From Proteromonas lacertae (taxonomy: Eukaryota), in the NCBI GenBank assembly GCA_002245135.1, contig NGBS01000292.1, forward strand, positions 496,001-560,000: a DNA stretch of 64,000 nucleotides, in the 5' to 3' direction. Made by a program: the position numbers and the translations under genes. Each line of letters begins with the position of its first letter. Within the stretch, counting starts at the first letter, position 1. Positions 56,263-63,498 of the stretch are shown one piece after another. The notes under the pieces are model-generated. The model was not told where the DNA came from. It was given only the letters and a program-made list of their open reading frames with translations, and made no database searches.

Positions 56263-56349
56263 ATTGAATCAGATTTAAAAACGTTAAGTTCTCTTTCATA
56301 ATATTTCAGAGAGCTGGGTTAATAGCTAAACGCAAATCATCATTTCAAT
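56263..56349 (-). ncRNA. Box C/D snoRNA, snR69-like (LSU Cm2948 equivalent), unique to the left arm
   Basis: The minus strand reads AUGAUGA...AACCCAGCUCU-CUGA...AUGAAAG...CUGA with terminal stem AAUUGAA/UUCAAUU. The guide pairs with LSU GAGCUGGGUU and the +5 rule gives the C of GAGC. Confidence 0.85.
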
Positions 56350-56438
56350 TAATTAAGATAAGACATATATAATACATACTCTTAATTCTAGAAGATCTAT
56401 CTCGACATGTAGTTAATTCTTTTCTATAAAAATAAAAT

Positions 56439-56674
56439 AAATATGATATTTCTATGGTATTTCTCAACTCATTAATGCTACATAGTAACTTGAGAGAGAT
56501 TAGGAATATAGAAAACAAAAAGAGGAGCAACCAAATAAATGATGCTCACTGATTTAGTTTTTATAGGATTTATTAATGTTGACGCCCTTTACCTCATTGA
56601 AATATAAGGCGGCATCAACGACAGTTCAATGACTATTCCCGAAGAAACAACCATATAAACCATCACAAATCCAG
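56439..56674 (-). ncRNA. snR30/U17 H/ACA processing snoRNA (left copy)
   Basis: Reverse complement of 57011-57246. Confidence 0.8.
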
Positions 56675-56892
56675 ATTGAGAAGTGTTCAGATTTAGAATT
56701 TAAATTAAAACAATATGAAAGAAGAAAAGCAACAACAATAAGATAATAGAGAATGATATATACCTTCTAAAAAAGAAAAAAGAAAAAAAGAAGAAATGAT
56801 TTAGAAATGCAAAAAACTATTCGTTACAAATTGCATTATCATTTCAATTTAGAAAAATGTCATTTTTGGTATGTATATTGTCTTGATTCTAT

Positions 56893-56989
56893 AAGAGAGT
56901 AATGAAATTAAACTGTGACCACTCCTACTATCCCAACTAAATGGTGTGAGGACCAGCTATACGTCACCACCCAAATACGAACTCTCCTT
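56893..56989 (+). ncRNA. Structured, relatively GC-rich small RNA with 18S helix-34-flanking complementarity (snR4-like candidate)
   Basis: Terminal stem GAGAGU/ACUCUC with kink-turn-like AAU-GA/GA geometry; internal GUGAC/GUCAC and UCCU/AGGA stems; C'-like GUGAGGA; segments antisense to conserved 18S sequences. Boxes C and D are non-canonical. Confidence 0.5.
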
Positions 56990-57010
56990 TTATATATATA
57001 CTTTATTAAC

Positions 57011-57246
57011 CTGGATTTGTGATGGTTTATATGGTTGTTTCTTCGGGAATAGTCATTGAACTGTCGTTGATGCCGCCTTATATTTCAATGAGGTAAAGGG
57101 CGTCAACATTAATAAATCCTATAAAAACTAAATCAGTGAGCATCATTTATTTGGTTGCTCCTCTTTTTGTTTTCTATATTCCTAATCTCTCTCAAGTTAC
57201 TATGTAGCATTAATGAGTTGAGAAATACCATAGAAATATCATATTT
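57011..57246 (+). ncRNA. snR30/U17 H/ACA processing snoRNA (right copy)
   Basis: A 5' hairpin closed by GGAUUU/AAAUCC is followed by H box AUAAAA (57121-57126). The 3' hairpin closed by UUUCU/AGAAA carries exact motif m1 AUAUUCCUA (57176-57184) and m2-like AAUACCAU (57224-57231). It ends in an AUA variant of the ACA box. Confidence 0.8.
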
Positions 57247-57344
57247 ATTTTATTTTTATAGAAGAGAATGCATAATGATATGACTAATCATTGAATTTTG
57301 AGAATGAATGAAAGGTATATTATAATATTACGATCTTTACTTAT

Positions 57345-57405
57345 TGCTCTGAGGAAAATATCGCAAGTATTACTTAATCGTGATTCAATTCTGCAATTCT
57401 GAGCA
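57345..57405 (+). ncRNA. Box C/D snoRNA guiding the 5.8S Gm75 equivalent (SNORD96-like), unique to the right arm
   Basis: Terminal stem UGCUC/GAGCA; box C UGAGGA; guide AAUUCUGCAAUU-CUGA antisense to 5.8S AAUUGCAGAAUU, +5 = G. An extra UAUCGCA matches 5.8S UGCGAUA. Confidence 0.85.
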
Positions 57406-57436
57406 TTTTCTTTCTAAATGTCTAATAACTGTAAAA

Positions 57437-57503
57437 TAATGGGATGTATTTGAGTATTGGGCTATGAATAATATAAATGATTCTACCATACAATACTGAT
57501 TAT
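57437..57503 (+). ncRNA. Possible box C/D snoRNA with a degenerate box C and no recognised target
   Basis: UAAU/AUUA ends, D' AUGA, C' AUGAUUC, D CUGA (57496-57499); lies inside the cluster. Confidence 0.4.
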
Positions 57504-57525
57504 TATTTTATAACTAATATTATAA

Positions 57526-57612
57526 TTGTTCTGATGATTTGCACTTTTGCTATTAACCCAGCTCATTCTGATTTATAATGATTGGTATATAGTGTGTACT
57601 TATCTGATACAA
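57526..57612 (+). ncRNA. Box C/D snoRNA, snR71/SNORD29-like (LSU Am2946 equivalent)
   Basis: C UGAUGA at 57532, D' CUGA at 57568, C' AUGAUUG, D CUGA at 57604. Guide AACCCAGCUCA pairs with LSU UGAGCUGGGUU; +5 = A. Confidence 0.85.
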
Positions 57613-57676
57613 TAATAATAATAATAATAAACCTCTTCATCATCATTTTAAGATATTTATTTATTTATTATGAGAA

Positions 57677-57741
57677 ATAAATGATGCTAAAGAAAGAGAT
57701 GAAAATGAATTAATGATAATTTTACTTAAGTCTCTGATATA
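57677..57741 (+). ncRNA. Box C/D snoRNA with a D' guide antisense to 18S CUCUUUCUU
   Basis: C AUGAUGC at 57681, guide AAGAAAGAG-AUGA, C' AUGAUAA, D CUGA at 57734. Conserved in both arms. Confidence 0.65.
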
Positions 57742-57785
57742 ATAATAAATAAATAAAATGAATATAATAATAATAATAATATATT

Positions 57786-57858
57786 TAAAATGATGATACT
57801 AACAGACCTGTTCTGACTAAATAAAAGTTGAAGAACAAACAGTTAATTCTCTGACTAT
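57786..57858 (+). ncRNA. Box C/D snoRNA, SNORD25/snR56-like (18S Gm in AACAG*GUCUGU)
   Basis: C AUGAUGA at 57790; guide ACAGACCUGUU-CUGA antisense to conserved 18S AACAGGUCUGU; C' UUGAAGA; D CUGA at 57851. Confidence 0.88.
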
Positions 57859-57889
<31 letters not shown>

Positions 57890-57996
57890 AGAATTATGTT
57901 TATATATTGTATATAGATAATTAGATTTGTAAATAAATTAAGATGTAGAATATAGAGAGATGTTTATAATAAAGGTATATATATATATATTATAAA

Positions 57997-58068
57997 TATA
58001 AATGATGATAAATCCATGCGCGTCGTTTGATATTCAGATGATAATAGATTGGTTATAATCTGATATAT
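57997..58068 (+). ncRNA. Box C/D snoRNA, snR64/SNORD74-like (LSU Cm2337 equivalent)
   Basis: C AUGAUGA at 58002; guide CAUGCGCGUCG then D' UUGA, antisense to LSU UGACGCGCAUG; C' AUGAUAA; D CUGA at 58060. Confidence 0.85.
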
Positions 58069-58080
58069 ATATATATATAT

Positions 58081-58153
58081 AATTATTATGATGAGAAAAA
58101 AGCGCTTGAAATATAACACCCATGTAAGTACTTTTGTGAAATCCTGAATAATT
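58081..58153 (+). ncRNA. Box C/D snoRNA, predicted LSU helix-91 target
   Basis: Terminal stem AAUUAU/AUAAUU; C AUGAUGA at 58088; guide UUUGUGAAAUC-CUGA at 58144. Confidence 0.75.
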
Positions 58154-58309
58154 ATATATATATAATATCTTAAATATATATGAGAATATAATATATATTA
58201 TTTATAGATTTAAAAAGGTTAAATAATAGCAAAAGAATTTAATTTTTACAAAAGTTAATGTATGTATATATTTATTGACTTATCTATTTATAACTATGTT
58301 ATTATTATT

Positions 58310-58383
58310 ATTGAGGTGAAGATATCTTCATAAGCGCTAATTTGATATTGAAATGAAACAGATTTGTGAAATCTCTGATCAAT
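58310..58383 (+). ncRNA. Box C/D snoRNA, paralog of 58081-58153 with the guide shifted by 1 nt
   Basis: Stem AUUGA/UCAAU; C GUGAAGA; shared AAGCGCU; guide UUUGUGAAAUCU-CUGA at 58375. Confidence 0.75.
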
Positions 58384-58397
58384 TAATAATAACAACT

Positions 58398-58542
58398 ACA
58401 AAACATAATTTATATCTCTCTATTGTTGATTTATTATATAGCAGAGATTTATATATGTTTTTGTTATATAAAATACTACTCCTCTGCTTCAAACAATAGA
58501 ATCTTAATTAATGATTTTCTTGTGATCAACTCTGGAACATTA
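58398..58542 (+). ncRNA. Box H/ACA snoRNA; the 3' pocket is predicted to pseudouridylate LSU AUCAU[U]GUGAAGCAGA
   Basis: Hairpin 1 closed by ACAAAACAUA/UAUGUUUUUGU; H box AUAUAA at 58466; hairpin 2 closed by UCC/GGA with pocket strands UCUGCUUCA and GUGAU. The 3' pocket strand starts 15 nt before ACA (58537-58539). Confidence 0.75.
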
Positions 58543-58718
58543 TATTTAATAAATTATTTAATAGATAATGATTAGAAGAAAAAACAACCAAGTAAATAAG
58601 GAATAAGAAACTAATTAATTGTTAATTAAACTAAGCATTTTTGTGTGGATATATATAACTAACATTTAATAAGATATAAACGATGATAAGTTTATTTTTA
58701 CATACATATATATAAAAT

Positions 58719-60320
58719 CTATTGACATGATTGAATTGGTGGTAATCTAGTAGAATTATTAGGCAATAAATAAGGTTCTATTTTAGAAGGAAGTCTACTA
58801 ATTGGATTAGTTACAATATCATCACTATTTGAACTATCTTGTTCAACATCAATTTTAGATGATTTTTTCTTTACTAAATTTGTAGTTGTCATAATTCTTG
58901 TAGATTTTGCTTTTAATATTGATGATCCATTTCCATTATTATTAATAATATTTGTATTATTATTATAATTTACACCATTTAAATACATTATAGATGCTTC
59001 AGGAGAAATAGATTTTAATTTATTGTAATTGTTCCATCGATTATAATCAGTAGAAGTACAATAAGATACAGAATGTTTAACAAATTCATCATCTAATATT
59101 CCACTATTTGCTCTACTCACACTATTTACATTAGCATCTCTTCTAGTCATACTATTCTCACAACTGCTGCTTCCATTGTTATTATTACTATTACTGGTGG
59201 TGGTAGTACTATTTGCATTTGTATTAATGATAGCTGGATTTAGATTGTTATTATATAAATTATTAATTGCAGAGATGGCTAATTTGGATGATTTCTTTTT
59301 CACTAATGGATATTTTTCTTGTGTATAAGATTCTCCTTGTTCTTTAACCAATGATAATCGTCGATCACATACTCTATATTTTCTCCTTTGATAATCCAAT
59401 AATAAACCACCAACTAAATAGTCCATATCTTGTTTGGGCATTGGTTGAAAATCATAAACATTTCTATTATAACTACCATTAACAACGATTTTAATTACAT
59501 CACAACAGGAAAGTGGGAATTTGTTATTATGCTGAACTCTATAATATTGTATTTCTTCTATTTTAGAATTTCTATAAGTTATATTTTCATATATCTGTTT
59601 AGGGAAAAAATCATGTTGTACGAATGTAATAAAATTGATAAATGGAATGAATTGATTGGGGCAATTGTACACTAATTTTTGTATTGTACTAACTGGTTGT
59701 ACTGCATTAATATTTCCATAGGTTTTCTTATATTCATTAGCTAATGTGACATGATCGTAATAACTGGGATTTACCATCTTTATTATCATAGCAATGTGTT
59801 CATGTTTAATAACATTTACGGGTAGACCACATGCTGCTAGATATACTATTGAAAATTATAAAATTAAAATTAATACTTTTGAAAACTTTATCAAAAGGAG
59901 CTAAACCAAAAAATAAAGTTAATTGAAAAAAATTATCCCATGTAAGATGGTTATTTTCTATATATTATTAGTTCAATATGATTATATACTATATCTTGCC
60001 AAAATCTTTTCTGCAAGCTTAATTATATGGCCTGATGCTCTTTTCATAATATCTTCTACTTTAAGATACTCATCAGAGCTTCTAAATATAAGACATAAAC
60101 AAATATACGACTTCAAAGTATTAAACGTCCTATTAATCTCTGTAACTTCTCGGTTATTTACTATAAAAAATTAATAGTATAGCTTATACAATAAAACACC
60201 TGTGCATACTCTCTTGATACCGAATCAAGCTTCACTGGTTCATTAGTCAACGATGATCGATTAGAATGATGCGAATGTGTGTTTTTCTACTCATATTAGA
60301 AAAGATATTTATACTGGCAT
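58719..60320 (-). CDS. Uncharacterised multi-exon protein with an N/S-rich C-terminus
   Basis: A 356-aa terminal exon plus upstream short exons bounded by GT-AG introns; no motif recognised. Confidence 0.5.
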
Positions 60321-60500
60321 TTATATTTTAGAAAAAACGAATATAAAAAATAAAATAAAACGACTAGAATATTGAAAATTCAAAATCTTAAATGAAAGTC
60401 TTTTTACCGAATTTGGAAATATATTCCTCTAAGTAACTAATAAACATTCTTATTTATATAAAATAAAACGATTTTCATAAAAATTATATTTACAATATAT

Positions 60501-61783
60501 CTAGTTCAATCACTACTACCAGAATTAGTGTATAATAATCTTTTCTTTGGTGGTAAATGATCAATTAAATCAGCTTCATTTTCCACTATTAATTAAATAT
60601 ATCAATATATATAATAAAATACATGTTGTACTCATCGGCAATGGAGTTCCAATTTTATTTTTATTAGGTGTTGTAAATACTAAGTCTATTTACACAAAAT
60701 TAATTATAAATTCATACTTAGTGTATCTTCCTGTTCTTGTGTCCATTTATTCCCAACTACAACTAATTCAGAAGGTGTTGAAGAGGTAGGAGATCTGAAA
60801 TAAGGTGATAATTGTGAAGGAGATGATAAAAATGGAGTAAATGAAGTTGTTATATTGGCACGCGGTGATCTTGGACTAATAGATGGTGAAATAACTATAA
60901 AATATTAAGTTTATAATATATATATATATACTATTTCTATCAAAATCATCAATAGATAAATCTGAATGTGGTGTATTGGATAGTCTTGGATGCCTAAATG
61001 GAGTCATATAATCACCTTGATTAGTTGTACTACCAACAGTTGTATTTCTGTTCAATGGAGATATAATACTATCAGAAAATAATGAAGTTCTTGGTGAATT
61101 AGATGGAAAAGAATGAATCTTTCAGTGGAGAGAATAACTTAGTAGAATCAATGTGGTTAGAAGGTGATAAAAATGAATTTGTATTGATATGTAACTCAGG
61201 TCTTTGAGGCTGTGAAGATGTATTTAAAGATTGAGGTGAATGGAGTGAAGGTGGTGATGTAGATGAAGGTAGTGGGATTTGTTGCTGTTGTTGTGTAGTT
61301 TGTATGTTAATATGAGGTGTAGATCTTTTCAGTCTTGTTGATGATTCTAATTATTATAAATTAATGAGTAAATAATATACTTTTAGTTGTTTCACCTGAA
61401 TCTGATTTATCACTATCATGACCTGTTCGACTTATTCTTCGTAATGTGCTATTATAATGATTCTTTATAGCATTATCAGTTCTTCCTGGTAATTCTTTTG
61501 CTATTTTTGACCAGCATGTTCCATATTTATTAAATGCATTTCTGAATAATTCTTCTTCCTCTGCAGACCATTGCCCCTTTTTTATGTTTGGATCAAGTTG
61601 GTTGTGCCATCTGTAAAATTAAAATAAAGAGTAAAAATACCTCTCTCGACATTGCTTACCACTTCTACCTGGTAGTAGTTCCGCTATTGTACACCATTTC
61701 TTAAGACCATACTGTCTAACGAATTCTATCATTTTATCATCTTCTTCTTTTGTCCATTTCTTTGTAGCTTTACTAGCAGGCAT
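60501..61783 (-). CDS. R2R3-type Myb transcription factor
   Basis: [96 protein letters not shown], then an SP/TP-rich tail. The 3' end is approximate. The Myb exons are missing from the ORF track. Confidence 0.95.
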
Positions 61784-61877
61784 ATTTTAGTTATTGTATC
61801 ACTAAAAAACTAGAAAAAATAAATAAATAAAATGATGAAAAACTGACAAGCCTATTTCAAACTTACTTTTTTAAAAA

Positions 61878-62152
61878 ATGTCTTCTAACTCAACACCTGT
61901 TTTATCTTCTGAAGTAACAAAAGCTTTAATCAATGCACAATCCATTACAGAGTTTATCAAAGAGTATAATGATGTTTCTAGTTATTGTTTAGAATGAATA
62001 CAACTTGCTTTAACAAATGTGTTACAGTTTTTGATATTAATATGATATCTGGGGAAGAAGCATTGTGTGTTGATCATTGCACGAAGAAGTATATTGAAGT
62101 GAATAAGCTAATTATTGAAAACCAGCTCAAAAAAGCAAAGTCAACTCATTAA
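61878..62152 (+). CDS. Small Tim (Tim9/Tim10-family) intermembrane-space chaperone
   Basis: With a 29-nt intron (61964-61992) removed the product is ...EFIKEMNTTCFNKCVTVFDINMISGEEALCVDHCTKKYIEVNKLI..., a twin CX3C motif with E..C.D.C..KY. Confidence 0.88.
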
Positions 62153-62238
62153 TTATTACTATTTAAATACATATAAATCTTTTTAAAATGTGTACGTATG
62201 TATATATATGATTAGGTTGGGGATTTGTTATACAATCA

Positions 62239-63186
62239 TCACGCCTTTGTTACAATGAAAGTACATCCAAATCCAACTGCTGTAGAGATCATTACAACAA
62301 TCACAAACACATAAATAACATTAGGGCTTCCAAAATTACAAGTATAACCATTCTCTTCTTCAACAAAGAAATGTGTATCATCTGTATTGATATATAACAA
62401 TCCTAACAAATAAAACTCTCTTACTGGTACATTCTCACTAGTACTACCGTTACCTTCTTCTTCTTCTAGTGATATTAATATATCATGTGGGATTAAATAG
62501 AATCTAATCACTGATAATATTGATATAACTCCTAATGCAAATATAAGGACAACTATTATAGGTATTAAATAAATTCTTTTATTACAAGGTACTGGATGCT
62601 CTTCGTTTATTGTGCATGTTAAATTATATGAAAAAATCATTTGAAGTAATATCAAAATAAAAGCATTTAATACTGATGCTAAAAATAGAAAAATGTTTAT
62701 TATAAATGCGATTGTTGATAGTCTTCTTACAGGGGCAAACCAATAGTTACGATTTGGTAAGCCAATACCACTTTGACAGGATGGAATTACCACTATAAAG
62801 AATATTTCTTAATGAATTATACAACAAATTATTGTGATTATAAATGAAAATCCAAAAACTACCCCTATGTATAGAGCAACTAATCCCGCCTATTATATGC
62901 CATAAAATCTTGTTAATACTCTATTACAATAACTCAGCGGTTCTTCTGAAGCTGTAAAATGGCACACACACGTTTCTGGTAATTGTTTATAAGTTACGCC
63001 GACATGAATTCCTACAAACACTAAAGATCCTATAAGAAGAATCCAACCACTATAGTAACAAAACAAAAAAGCTAAGATACACAATAGTTTTATAGATCAA
63101 ATTCCATCTAGGTAAATACTCTCTATTATTACTAGAAAAACACATTTAAAAACTATTTGAAACGATAATATTTTTTGAAACATCAT
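62239..63186 (-). CDS. Multi-pass membrane protein with DUF1648-like and DUF5808-like motifs (bacterial SdpI/YhfL-related family)
   Basis: TYKQLPETCVCHFTASEEPLSY (DUF1648-like), GIGLPNRNYWFAPVRR, and GLLYINTDDTHFFVEEENGYTCNFGSP (DUF5808-like), with several hydrophobic helices. The 5' structure is uncertain. Confidence 0.7.
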
Positions 63187-63391
63187 TTTTTTAATTTTTA
63201 GTAGATTGTAGTTTAAATTATGATAATCTAACAACACTTTCACTGTTTAGAAATTACAACAACTAGAAGCAATAATTTTACTTCACAATTATAATTAATT
63301 AATTAGATGAAGGTGATTTATGATATATAATCGGATCAAATATAATATTAACATATATATTGTATGGGTTGTTATTTTATAAGATTAAATT

Positions 63392-63490
63392 AGCTTGACA
63401 ATTGCTTGTGCGTGTTTGAATTCCAACCAATAACATTCACTGTGCCGCCAAACAATATCATTGGTTGATTTCATTAATTCGCCGCCATTC
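63392..63490 (+). promoter_or_regulatory. Putative RNR promoter with a GCTTG motif, inverted CCAAT boxes and E2F-like GCCGCCA sites
   Basis: agcttga at 63392; ccaat at 63427 and attgg at 63460; gccgccaaa at 63444 (TTTGGCGGC on the minus strand); gccgcca at 63481. A GC-rich patch in AT-rich DNA. Confidence 0.4.
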
Positions 63491-63498
63491 TCTTTTAA

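Larger units (their letters stand above)
55829..57947. repeat. Nested inverted repeat: outer arms about 55829-56257 and 57513-57947; inner arms about 56416-56674 and 57011-57269
   Basis: Direct reverse-complement comparison, e.g. tcagaacaggtctgttagtatcatcat versus atgatgatactaacagacctgttctga, and catcacaaatccag versus ctggatttgtgatg. The arms are near-identical apart from (TA)n length and a few bases. Confidence 0.95.

Noticed and set aside
56345..56530. 61-aa ORF in the ORF track
   Set aside because: It overlaps the snR30/U17-like RNA and shows no coding features.
56580..56600. GCCCTTTAC resembling the U5 snRNA loop I
   Set aside because: Imperfect match, and it is the antisense of the snR30/U17-like 5' hairpin, which has much stronger support.
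55829..57947. Inverted repeats as the terminal repeats of a DNA transposon or MITE
   Set aside because: No transposase ORF or target-site duplication is seen, and the arms consist of snoRNA genes.
58195..58300. Additional hairpin RNA between the two helix-91 C/D snoRNAs
   Set aside because: Only AT-rich complementarity, with no convincing H, ACA, C or D boxes.
63392..63498. Cobalamin riboswitch upstream of nrdJ
   Set aside because: It lacks the conserved core (GGGAA...GCCCCCGCAACUGU and B12 box). The GC patch is better explained as DNA promoter motifs.
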